Assembly (NCBI RefSeq): GCF_006345805.1
Contig: NC_042997.1
Coordinates: 69,812,001 to 69,876,000, forward strand
Reading direction: 5' to 3'
DNA from: Octopus sinensis
Lineage: Eukaryota
DNA: 64,000 nt
The first letter of the stretch is position 1; each line of letters starts with the position of its first letter. Positions 38,868 to 51,416 of this stretch are shown here, in pieces. A program made the translations under genes and the position numbers. A model generated the notes under the pieces. The model was not told where the DNA came from. It saw only the letters and a program-made list of their open reading frames with translations, and did not search any database.

Positions 38868-39266
38868 GTAAACAGAAAATAGAGAAATATTGATGAACAA
38901 CAATTGACTAACAATAATTGTTACTTTTTAATTCAATACATATAGACTGTATCCCATCTAACAGCCATTTCTGCTTCCAATCGAAATTCTAAAAATAATT
39001 ATCATAATATTTGGTAATACATCCGATCTGGAACTTGGAGCTTCATCAGAGTGAAGAAAAATACGTACAAAAATGTATGATGAAGCTCCATGTTCCAGAT
39101 CGGATGTATTACCAACTATTATGATTATCATTTTTAGAATTTTCAATGCTAATACCATATAAAATTGGAAGCAGAAACAGCTGCTAAATGGGATACATTG
39201 CATTAAAAAGTAATAACTGATGTTAGTCAATTGTTGTTGATCAATATTTCTCCATTTTCTGTTTAC
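38868..39266. mobile_element. Palindromic PLE pLTR remnant with two outward-facing HHR arms (P3)
   Basis: Arms of ~180 bp around a ~28-nt spacer (39050-39077). Left (-): CACT-CTGATGA-A-GCTCCAA...TTGGAAGC-A-GAAAT-GGCT-GTT-AGATG. Right (+): ATGATGA-A-GCTCCA...TTGGAAGC-A-GAAAC-AGCT-GCT. Confidence 0.85.
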
Positions 39267-39432
39267 TTTAAAATTGATTCCTGATAAACTCATGTTTATC
39301 TTTGTCATTGCCTGTAACCTATGAGCATAAAATGCTTGCATGTCTATGTCCAGGGTTAATATAGGTATTAATACGGATAGTATAACAGATATTTTTACCC
39401 CTTAGACGGTTATCCCAACTCTACTAACCTAC

Positions 39433-39487
<55 letters not shown>

Positions 39488-40166
39488 GGAATTCATGCAT
39501 ATATGTATATGTATGTATATCTTCTTTACTTATGTCAGTCTGAGGACATGCTGTGACAACACCTTAAATTTTAGTAGTACGAATCGATTCAAATACTTAT
39601 TTTTTAAAAACCTGGTACTTATATTATCGGGGATTTTTGCCGGACTGCTAAGTCATAAAAGCATAAATACACCCACACCGGCTGTCAGTTGTTGCGCGCG
39701 CGCACACACAGAGATACATATTTATACGACGGGCTTCTTTCAGTTTCTTTCTCGCAAATCCATGCACGCGGCTTTGGTCGGCTTGAGGCGACAGTGGAAG
39801 ACATTTGACCAACGTGACACACACATGCACGAACACACTCATCTGATTAAAACTGAGAGGCTTTCGCATGAATTTAAGAACAACGTGCTCCGCCAGGAAC
39901 AGGAATCGAACCCATATTTCGGCATACATTTTACGTGTTCCACTCCTCACATCACCACCAAATCGGCCCTAATGTGATGAAAACGTCGAGATCAGTTATT
40001 ATTTCTCAGGCTTGATTTGTTCGAAACTGTCATTACATTTTGTGTCAAGCCAAGAAGTTAAAAAGCAAAATTTGTATCAGCCAATAAAAATTGAATACTA
40101 TCTGTTTCAAATTATTAACTACAGCTTTGCTGGTGCTAATCAGTTCAGTTCAGAGAGAGAGAGAGA

Positions 40167-40210
<44 letters not shown>

Positions 40211-40287
40211 ATAGAGAGAGAGGGAGAGAAAAAGAAAGAGAATATACGGAGCTATATTGACATGTGTCCTTTGTCTTTCCCTAAGAT

Positions 40288-40541
40288 CAGTGTTCTCTGG
40301 TTCTCAACCCTTTTTTTTTTACATCTATGGACCCCTTCTTTGATTACAATTTCATTCTGGTAGACCCACATAGCCATTCGATGAAAAATTAGATTTATAG
40401 ATAATTCCTTCCGAATTCGTATTTTGTTTATCACGCATTCACTCGTTTAGGATGAACCCAGTTTATTATTTTGCTTGTGCGGAACCCCAAAAATCTTTTA
40501 TGGGCCCAAGGGGTCATATGAATCCCAGTTAAGAACCACTG
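40288..40541. mobile_element. hAT (Charlie-like) MITE
   Basis: Termini CAGTG(TTCTCT)GGTTCTCAACC / AGTTAAGAACCACTG; degenerate 8-bp flanks CCTAAGAT / TCTTAAAT. Confidence 0.7.
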
Positions 40542-41179
40542 TCTTAAATGAAAGCCACATGGGTAGGTATAAAAATTCTTAACCATACAGCCAAGCTTGT
40601 GTCTAGAGGAAAATTTTAGATAAAAATAGAAAGGTAAACATTTTTTTTAAAATTAAAGAATATTCCAGAATAAAGTATTATTTGATGTTTGATGTACGTT
40701 AATAATCAATTACGTCACAGGTAAAGAAACAACAATCAGCATAAAGAATATTAAAATACTGACAATGATTTCTAATTTTGGTTGAAGTTATAGATCTTTT
40801 GGGGATGAAATCAAGTACTTTACCTGAAACAGTGAAGGGGCGGCGATATGATCGCACTGCTTGCTAGAAACAGCAGCCAAATCTCTTTCAAATTACACCC
40901 TACTGACTTCAAAAAGGTTACGTTTGAATAATGTGATCCTCAGCTCCATGGGAGTTTTTGATCATAGTTTTACATGATCAGGGTTGGTCAGTGACTCAGC
41001 AAGGACAACAATGTGCTAATAAGGGAGCTTCTGTATGGAGGGAAGAGTGCTAAAAATAGCAGTCAAGTTTCCTTCAAACCACGCCTTAAATAATAAAATT
41101 GTATAATGTTGTCGTAGATACCCTCACTGCTAATGATGAGAACAGACAGTTATTGTCATATAAACAGTTAACAATAAGA

Positions 41180-41500
41180 GCGAGGAAAAAGGTCCTTGGA
41201 ATATATAAGAAAGTCACCCTTATAAATGATTGTGTGGCATGGAACATCAAGAAACAAGTTTAAGAACTTATCAATGCCGTGAACATGCAGATCCTTAAAA
41301 ATGCTGAATGCAGTTAGAGTAACAAATACTGTGATCCTTAAACGAGCTAAGACCACCAGAAAGACAAGTTCAATTCATTGGACACCACTTAAAGAAAAAG
41401 CTTTCCATACTTGGTGACAACTGAAAAAATGAAAGGAAGAAATCAATGAAGACAGAAAGAGAAAACACTCGATGGGCTAAACAGCTGGCAACGAAAAGAC
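41180..41500 (+). mobile_element. RTE-like 3' fragment (decayed)
   Basis: AWNIKKQV*ELINAVNMQIL..RVTNTVILKRA..QFIGH resembles the RTE W.I......AFEM...R....VTN..VL.R...FLGH pattern. Confidence 0.5.
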
Positions 41501-41922
41501 TGATTCAAATAATCTTTTCTACTCTAGGCACAAGACCCGAAATTTTAGTGGAGGGGGCCAGTTGCTTAGATCGACCTCTGTGCGCAACTAGTACTTAATT
41601 TATCGACCCCGAAAGGATGAAAAGCAAAGTCGACCTCAGTGGAATTTGAATTTGAACGTAGCGGAAGATGAAATATCTATTTCTTTACTACCCACAAGGG
41701 GCTACACACAGAGGGGACAAACAAGGACAGACAAAGGGATTAAGTCGATTACATCGACCCCAGTGTGTAACTGGTACTTATTTAATCGACCCCGAAAGGA
41801 TGAAAGGCAAAGTCGACCTCGGCGGAATTTGAACTCACAACGTAACGGCAGACGAAATACGGCTACGCATTTCGCCCGGCATGCTAACGTTTCTGCCAGC
41901 TCGCCGCCTTAGACTGATTCAA

Positions 41923-42180
41923 TCTATATATATAAAACTGAGAATCTATATATATAAAACTGAGAATGTGTCTGTCAGTCTATCTGTCTGTGTGTGTCCC
42001 TAAAACTTGAGAACTACACAACCAATTTCATTCAAATTTTACACATGCCTTACTTAGGGTCCGGGGAGTGTCATCGGCAAAAAAAATGTTTAACTTCTTG
42101 TCTAGGGCGAGCCCACAGCAATATCATATCTTCTCCACTATTTCAGTATTACGTGTAAAAAGTGAAACAAAAACATCTCT
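41923..42180 (+). mobile_element. Helitron 5' end with a duplicated 22-bp terminus
   Basis: A|TCTATATATATAAAACTGAGA occurs at 41923 and again at 41945, followed by TGTGTCTGTC. Confidence 0.6.
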
Positions 42181-42228
42181 CTATTGTATATATATATATC
42201 TGTGTGTGTATATATATTATATATATAT

Positions 42229-42262
<34 letters not shown>

Positions 42263-42270
42263 ATAATATA

Positions 42271-42324
<54 letters not shown>

Positions 42325-43109
42325 TATATATATATTATAATTCTGAAATGCGAAAAGTTTGTTTGTTTGTTTGTTTGTCTGGATTTGTCATTGAGAACGG
42401 GTTAAAAGCCACTAGATCCTGTCGGATTGACTCCAAAATTTACAGGGACATGTAAAATGAGGTGAGGATGCGAGTGGGCTAGGTTAGAAATCCCTACCTT
42501 AAAAGGTGTCGTTGCTAGGGCCAAAAACGTACTTTGACAAGTCTACTCTCATTCTTTTATGTATCTGTCTTCCTCCATCACTCACTCTCTTTCCTCCCTT
42601 CCCATCAATTTCTATCTATAACGTCGTTTCACAGCGTCTACTTCCCCTTCACTTTCTCTTTATAATGTCGTTTCACAGCGTTCTATATCTCCCCCGTCCC
42701 CGCCTTCGACAGCGCTTTCACACACTCTCTCTTTCTCTACGTCTGTCTGCATTCATAGACAGAATTATCATCGCCACCACTACCACACAATCATGAGAAC
42801 AAATATTATGACTCAGATATTTATTGGGTTAATTTATGTGTGTGTGTGTTCTATATATAAATATGTATATATAATGTATATATACAAAGTGTATATATCT
42901 GTATTTATGTATATTAAACTTTTTAATACTTTTTGATAGTTATATATGTTTTTTTTTAAATTGGAAATATAAATTAATAATTTTAATTTTAAATCTAAAT
43001 AATTTTAATTTTTCAATTTTATATTTTATATATTTTGTATATTATATTTTTATTTTTATGTTTTTCACTGTTTGATTTGCCTATTAGTGGTTTTATCTCT
43101 AATTTGATT

Positions 43110-43145
<36 letters not shown>

Positions 43146-43180
43146 ATATAATTTGTATACATTTGTATATATAATGCGTG

Positions 43181-43275
<95 letters not shown>

Positions 43276-44057
43276 TGAGTGCATTATGTGGTCGGTTGAG
43301 CTGAAAATATGCACACCTATGTTAAAAGTGCTGGCGAGTTTGCATGACAACTATTTTTTTCCTCAAATAAAAGGCGTGACCTCTAGGTCCCAGTAGACCC
43401 GAATGAAATCGGGTTATATTAACCAAAATGTGAAAAGGGGTCTAAATGGGGCTGGAAGGGAATTCAAATTTACAGGAGCGGGTGTTTAGGAATTCTCTGT
43501 TACATCAAGCTAAAAAATTTGCGCCAACCATTTAATTGACAATGTGTTGCCGTACATGATGAAGAAGTTTTAAATGCTTGCCATGGTGAGTCTACTGTCG
43601 TGAGAAAGAATCACTTCAAAACTTGGTGTTTATGAATTTTCTTTTACATCAAGTTCAAAATTTTACGCCAGCCGTTAAACTGTCAATACGTTGCTGTCCG
43701 TCGTTAAGAAATGCCAGCCATGGTGACTCTACTATCCTCAGATTCTATCCCTTCAAATTTTGGTTTCCAATATTTTATTATTTTTATTCAGCTCGCAAGT
43801 TCGTCTGTCCCTTTTAAATGTTAGTGTTTTGCTGTCTGCCTTGAAGCAGACCTTTCCGTTGTCACTGCCTGATATTTATGATTGATCTTTCAAAATATTT
43901 TATTTCTCAATTTACTAAAGATCTTTTGTTGTTTATAAATGGAAGAGAGATAGATAAAGATAGAGAGTAAGAGAAAGCGAGGGAGAGTCCGAGAGAAAAG
44001 AAAAGTAAGAAAGTAGGAAAGTGAGAGGGAAAGGAGAGTGAAACAAAGAGGGAGAAT

Positions 44058-44380
44058 CATCATCATCATCATCATCATCGTTTAACGTCCGTTTTCCGTG
44101 CTAGCACGGGTTGGACAGTTTGACCGGGGTCTGGGAAGCCAGGAGGCTGCACCAGGCTCCAGTCTGATCTGGCATTGTTTCTACAGCTGGATGCCCTTCC
44201 TAACGACAACCACTCTGTGAGTGTAGTGGGTGCTTTTTTCGTGCCACCGGCACAGGTGCCGGGGGGGGGGGGCCTGGCAGCGGCCACGATCGGTTGGTGT
44301 TTTTTACGTGCAACCGGCACAGAAGCCAGTCAAGGCGGCGCTGCCATCGGCCACGTTCGGATGGTGCTTTTTACGTGCTG
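44058..44380 (-). mobile_element. RTE-tailed SINE or LINE 3' end
   Basis: The minus strand ends GGACGTTAAAC(GAT)n. An internal GGTGCTTTTTACGTG unit occurs three times. Confidence 0.65.
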
Positions 44381-44445
44381 AAAGGAAGCAACAGAAAGTA
44401 ACAACCACACTCTTACCCACGCGTAGAGCGGGTCACCTTAAGCTA

Positions 44446-44522
<77 letters not shown>

Positions 44523-45160
44523 TGTAATATATATAGCTGTTTATGTATACATGTATATGTATAGATGTATTTCTCTAGATATACATGTATGTGCATACAT
44601 GTATGTCTAGATGTATATATATAGATGTACATGTAGTATGTACACATATATATATACATATATACATGCATACATATACACATACACACATACACACACC
44701 CATACACACATACACACACCCATACACACATACACACACACACATACATACATAAGTGCAGGTGTGGTTGTGTGGTAACAAACTTGGTTCCAAAACACAT
44801 GGTCCTCAGTTCAGTCCTACTGTGTGGTAACTTGGCATGTGTCTTCCGCTATAGCCTCAGACCAACCAAAGCCTTGTCAGTGGATTTTGTAGACAGAAAC
44901 TGAAAAAAATCAATCGTATATATATATGTATGTATATATGTAAGTCTATGTGTGTGTCTTTGTGTTTCTCCCTCATCATTGCTTCACAACTGGTGTTCGT
45001 TTATTTACATCCCCATAATTTACTGGTTTCACAAGAAGAAACTGATAGAATAAGTACCAGGCTTATCAAAATATAAAAAAAGCACTACGCAGTGTCTCAT
45101 ATTTTTGTTTGCCCACTCATTTGTATCTATCAATTTATCTCTGTGTGTGTATATACATAC

Positions 45161-45206
<46 letters not shown>

Positions 45207-45254
45207 ATATATATATATATATATTATATATATATATATAATATATGGATCTCA

Positions 45255-47348
45255 TCATTACATGAAGATCCTTTCTGAATTCTGTTCAACTGCCCGTAGT
45301 TACCACAGCACGGATTGTGACACAGATCATTCCCTAATAAGAAGCAGGGTGAGGATTATGCCTAAAAATGTCCATCACTCCAAGAAAATGAGCCGACCAC
45401 GCATTAACACTGCCAGAATCTCGGGCCCTACACTGCAACGTTTCTATCAAAGTTGCCCTCAGTAGCTGCCCAGCCTTCTCTGCTGAAAGTAGGTGGAATT
45501 ATATCAGGGAAGCTTTGTATACCACATCAATAGATACTTTCGCCATGAGAGAAAGGCAAAACCCAGATTGGTTCAATGCTGGGCTCTCAGAGCTGGAAAC
45601 AGTTATCGAAGCAAAGCGTGCAGCTCTGATGCAATACAAGGGGGGTTCTTCTACAAAGTCACTCGAAGAACTCAGAAAGGCAAGAAGTAAAACCCAACTG
45701 ACTGCCAGACGCTGTGCAAATAGGTTTTGGCGACACCCGTGGGACGTATACCGATTTGAAGAAGACCTCGGTCCATCCGCAACCAAGTCAGCCCCTCTGA
45801 AATCAACTACTGGAGATCTCATCAAGGACCAAAGCAAGCAAATGGATAGACGGGTGGAGTACTACCAGGATCTCTACTCACGGGAGACCACGGTAGCTGA
45901 GGCTGCAGTCGAGGGTGTCAAGATCTCGCCAATCATGTGCGAACTTGACAGTCTGCCATCTATAGCAGAATTCACCAAGGCTATTGACTCCCTAGCAAGT
46001 AAAAAGGCTCTAGGAAAATACGGCATCACTTTAGAGATCATCAAAACCGGCAAAACTACCATCCTGCTTCGGCACCTTCATGAACTTCTGTGTCAGTGGT
46101 GGGATATGCGATATGCTAACGTCATTACGCTTTACAAAAACAAAGGTGACCATGGTGATTGTAACAATTACCGTGGAATATCTCTTCTAAGCACTGTTGG
46201 AAAGGCCTTTGCTCACATTATCCTGTCCAGGTTACAACTGCTTGCTTTTCGAATTTATCCAAAATCGTAGTGTGGCTTTAGAAGAAGCAGATCAACTATT
46301 GACATGATATTCTCCATGGGCCAACTTCAGGAGAAGTCCAGAGAGCAGAAAATGCCATCATATATGGCCTTCATTGATCTGACAAAGGTCTTTGACTTGA
46401 TAAGTAGAAAAGGCCTCTTCATCATGCTCCAAAAAATCGGATGTCCACCAAAGCTGCTGAGGATCATCAAATCTTTCCATGATGATATGCAAGGCACCAG
46501 ACAGCATAATGGTTCAACATCAGCCGCCTTCCAAATAAAAAACGGGGTAAAGCAAGGTTGTGTCCTTGCTCCTACATTATTTGGCATCTTCTTCTCGCTG
46601 CTGCTGTCTCATGCCTTTGAGACATCAAATGATGGAGTGTTTCAGCACAGTAGAAGTGATGGGAAACTGTTCAATATCTCGCGTCTGCGTGCCAAGACCA
46701 AAATCAGAAGCGTCCTGATCAAGGAGATGTTATTTGCTGATGATACCGCTCTGGTATCACACACAGAAGAAGCCCTACAAAGGCTCATCAACTGTTTTGA
46801 GCAAGCATGTAGCAACTTTGGCTTAGTTATCAGCCTCAAGAAGACCAACATCATGGGTCAGGCTACATCGGACATCCCAAACATACATATTGGAGACCAC
46901 AGACTATAGGAGGTGGAGACGTTTACCTATCGTGGCTCTACCGTCACCTACAACCTATCCCTTGATGCTGAGCTCAATATACGCATTGGAAAGGCAGCTG
47001 CTGTGATGGCCCAATTCTCCAAACGGGCATGGGACGACAATAAGCTGACCAAGGCCACAAAAATGAAGATTTACTAGACATGTGTACTTAGCACTCTACT
47101 GTATGGAAGTGAAACTTGGATGTCATACACACGCCAAGAGCGTCGCCTAAATGTCTTTCACCTGCGCTGCCTCCGGAAAGTCCTTCGCATCAAATCGCAG
47201 AATCATGTCCCCAACAAAGATGTCTTCAAACAAGCAGGAATACTAAGTATGTTTGCACTCCTCAACAAAGACGTAATGAGATGGCTTGGACATGTTAGCC
47301 GTATGAAGATGTCAGAATCCCCAAGGACATCTCAACGGAGACTTGTTA
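45255..47348 (+). mobile_element. RTE (BovB-like) LINE: APE C-terminus plus RT, pseudogenised
   Basis: DCDTDHSL, YKNKGDHGDCNNYRGISLLS, PKS*CGFR, FIDLTKVFD, GVKQGCVLAPTLF, LFADD, LLYGSETW. It has stops and deletions and runs into the gap. Confidence 0.95.
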
Positions 47349-47448
47349 NNNNNNNNNNNNNNNNNNNNNNNNNNNNNNNNNNNNNNNNNNNNNNNNNNNN
47401 NNNNNNNNNNNNNNNNNNNNNNNNNNNNNNNNNNNNNNNNNNNNNNNN
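47349..47448. other. Assembly gap (100 N)
   Basis: Seen directly. Confidence 1.
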
Positions 47449-48875
47449 TCCAGAGCAGATGACCCGGCTCTAAATCAAGTTGAGTTGCAGGAGAGGAGCC
47501 AACAGGCAGATGACAGCACTTCGACACGTTCAGACACAGGTCCCATTCGTTTGACCATCTCCAAACTTGGTGGATGCATCGGCGAAGATCATCTATATCA
47601 TTGCGAGGAGCAACCAGTTTGACATCGTCGACAAATAGAAGGGTATGTTGCGTGAGGTCGTCGGGTTAGGGTTAGGGTTAGGGTTGATGAAGACTAAAAA
47701 CAATAACAGCCCAAGCACTGAACCTTGAGGCACGCCACTGCTCGCACTGGAGACGTCGGACAGCGAACCATTAACTTGGACTTGGAAGGAGCAATCTGAG
47801 AGGAAGGCACCAACCCATCGTACAATATCCGGATGGAAACGATATGCTTGAAGCTTGACAAGTAATATGCGGTGGTTAACTGAGTCAAAAGCTTTGGCAA
47901 AGTCCAATAAAACGATGTCAACAGCATCACCATCATCCAGGATACGCGTCACCAATTCTTCCATTACCAGTAAGTTGGTCAAGCATGATCTCTTCGGCAC
48001 GAAGCCGTGTTGGGAATCAGAGATAGAAGCTGTGTTTTGGAGGTGGAGCAACATACTTTTTTTGAGGATGGTTTCGAACATCTTGCTGATTATTGAAGTA
48101 AGGGAAACCGGTCGATAGTTAAGCGGGTCTTCGCGCCTCCCTTTCTTGAAAATCGGGCAGATTATCGCTGTTCTCCAGTCCGCAGGTACAACACCCGTCG
48201 CCAATGACATATTGAATAGAAGTGTTAAAGGTTCGCAGATGACCGGAGCCAACGCTTTGATAACCTGTGGGTGTATGCCGTCAGGGCCGTGACCCTTGTT
48301 GACATTGAGGCCTTGAATAACGCGTTCGACTTCGTCACGAGTGATGACCAATCTAGGCATAGGAGGTACCGATCTATTAAATGGAGGGGGTTCACGACTA
48401 TCATCCTGATTGAAAATTGTCGGAAAAGCCTCGGCAAATAACTGACTCTGCTGATAAGGGTCCTCAATCGATACGCCTGTTGAGTCTACTAACGTTGCAA
48501 TTTGGTTGTTCAATCGGGAAATCCGTTGGACATGGGCAATGAAAGTTTTTAGATTGCGACTGGCATTTGCCGCGATTCTGCATTTATATCTGAAGCGTTC
48601 TTCCTTTTCAATTTTCACGGCTAGGTCTCGTTGAGTTTTGTACACCTCAAAAGCTGCAGTCGAATCTTGATTTTTGAATTCAGCCCAAGCAATATCTGTG
48701 AGTCGAAGTTCTCGTTTAACCTTCTTCGTCACCCAGGGCTTGTGTTTTTCCTTCTTGGGAAGCCCAACGGGAACTGCTTGGTCAGTCAACCAGTTTACAT
48801 ATGCTTTGAGGGACGACCATAGTTCGTCAACTGAGGACATCGTCATCAGAGATCGCCAGTTGTACCACGTCATAT
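47449..48875 (-). mobile_element. CR1-clade LINE RT, nearly intact until a telomeric-repeat insertion
   Basis: KGHGPDGIHP, IFKKGRREDPLNYRPVSLTS, QHGF, LDFAKAFDSV, GVPQGSVLG..LF. After the insertion the shifted frame gives DLTQHTLLFVDDVKL. Confidence 0.95.
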
Positions 48876-49202
48876 GTAAATTGTGATTGATTCTCGTCTT
48901 ATGATTAATTCGTTATACACAAACTGTACGGAATCATATGTGTGAGAGTAAACATGCGCATATCCATGTGTGTGTTGTGTGTGTGTGTGTGTGTGTGTGT
49001 ATGTTTATGTATATATATATATAACATTCTTTTATTTGTTTACTTGTTTCAGTCATTTGACTGCGGCCATGCTAAAGCACCGCCTTTTTAGTCGAACAAA
49101 TCGATCCCAGGGCTTATTCTTTGTAAGCCTAGTACTTATTCTATCGGTGTCTTTTGTCGAACCGCTACGTATATATATAATAATATATATATATATATAT
49201 AT

Positions 49203-49324
49203 TATACCGGAGTAAACACATAAATGTGAAACAAGGTGGAAAAAAGAGTACTAGAGTAATATGCTTTATTTAAAGCAGCAGAAAATTCAACAAAACCTGT
49301 TACTCTGAGTTTCCCCTTGCCGTT

Positions 49325-49377
<53 letters not shown>

Positions 49378-49945
49378 ATAGATAGATATATAGATAGATA
49401 GATAGATTAGATAGATTAGATAGATAGATAGATAGATAGATATGTATATGTATATAGAGATATACATATACTGTTGTGTCTGGAGAGAGTCATTTTCTTT
49501 TTGTGTCTTATAATTTAACACACTCACCGGTAAAATTTCCACTTATTTCTTATTTGAAAATAAAAATAAAAATAAGAAATAAGTGGAAATTTTACCGGTG
49601 AGTGTGTTAAATTATAAGGCACAAAAAGAAAATGACTCTCCCCAGACACAATAGAATATGCTTCAACACACGAACTCACATGGAGAAAGAAAACAGTATA
49701 GAGAAGAGATTTGCATCTCACTTAAAACTCACTTAAAAATAGATGCGTGGCGCTCGGTTAAATAATAAATAGTAAATAATATATCCTATTTTCAGAAAAA
49801 TTTATTTACTGATCACCGAAATTAGAAATATGAGACATGAGCGGTGGTGGAGCGATATAGTGGTCGTATACTGTCAACTCAATGTGACAGTCCCGGAAGG
49901 GAATAATTACACCACCGCAGGCTCGAAACGTAAAAGACTTGTTTT
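49203..49945. mobile_element. PLE pLTR complex: HHR relic (-), 85-bp-arm palindrome, putative intron, HHR relic (+)
   Basis: 49296-49330(-): ATGATGA-ACGGCAAGGG-GAAAC-TCAGA-GTA. Palindrome 49471-49654. GT-AG pair 49598-49795. 49825-49945(+): GCGGTGGTG...CACCACCGC-AGGCTC-GAAACGTA. Confidence 0.6.
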
Positions 49946-51364
49946 ATTTATATTCCTGAGCGCCATACTAAAACAATTGTTTGTTTGTACTCCACCTGCC
50001 TTCGTCTTTTGTTTATTTTCATAAAGCTTCCCGTTATATATATATATATATATATATTTCGACGACAATATGAGTCTTCAAAGACAGTTGCTCCCATGAA
50101 TTCTAAAATAAAATTTAGGATTTATGGAAGGTCAAATTTGGAAACAGTGGAGGCATACAAGGAAACTGAACGAAAACAAACATTGAGGGTCGTTCAAAAG
50201 AACGGACACAGGTCACAATATATATATAAAACACCCAGACACCCACCCACCCACGCACACGCACCACACACACACACACATATACATACACACACACACG
50301 ATCGGTTTCCGCACAGTTTCTGTCTACCTAATTCCATTGACAAGGTACTGAGCAGCTTGAAGCTTTAATAGAATACATTTGCTTGAGACGCCGGGCAATC
50401 TAACTGAACTTAGGACTGCATGTTTGCAAAGCGGATTTACTAACCACAGAATCAAACCTATGCTTTCTCCTGTTGGTAAAAATAGGGTCTGCTTTGAGGA
50501 AGGATTGCTTGTTAGTTCATTCTGCTGTTTTGCCAGAACGAAAAAACATCTGTCATCGCAGGTTGTCTATCAGTGACCATCCCCAGCAATACTGTATTCA
50601 TTGTATTTTTCTTTATCTGAATAGAGAGACTGCGAATTAAAGGAGGTTTGGTTGTTATATATAGCAGATTGAGCGGTGTCTTCTATAAGGCCGGTAGAAG
50701 TTGACATACTGGTATTTCTAGCAGGTCATGCAACTGGCGTGACAGATCTTTCGTTCACTCAAATTCTCGTCGTCCTTCTGGTTGTTATTGCGTTCATTTT
50801 TGTTATTATTGTTGGCCTAATTCTTAGTGCCTTTGTACCTATTTGGTTTTGTAGTCTGACCACACCCACAGAGATTGCTCTGACAGCACTAATATATATT
50901 ATCTACAAGACTAAGATGTGTACTGGTTGAAACCCGTATCATATCTGTAGAAGTTCTTGCTCTTTCTACACGTTCACCAACCCACGCCTCTCTCTTTCTC
51001 TGTTTCCCACCTACCCCTCTCTCACACAACCAGATCTTTCTCTCTCTCTGTACCTCTCCCTCTCTGTGCCCCCTTTCTCTCTCTCTCTGTCTTTCTGTCT
51101 GCCTCTCCCCCACTCTCTGTTCATTTGTACCATAATCGCTTCTCCCATTAGTCCTTTTCTGTTTCTCTCTTTTTGTTTCATTTGATTCTTTGAACTTTCC
51201 GTTCACCGCACCCCAAATATATGTATATATATATGGTTGTGTATGTATGTGTGAGCGCGCGCGTGTGTGTGTGTGTTGATGCATACAAATACAGTTGAAT
51301 GTAAATATATATACATGTGTATACATGTATATATATGTAAGAATCATACGCTAAATTCTAGTTA

Positions 51365-51416
<52 letters not shown>

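Noticed and set aside
47120-47527. ORFs spanning the N gap
   Set aside because: Artefacts of the gap; the two sides are different elements on opposite strands.
50440-50860. Possible Dong-like pre-RT relic on the minus strand
   Set aside because: Only vague motif resemblance (..FW..); too weak to call.
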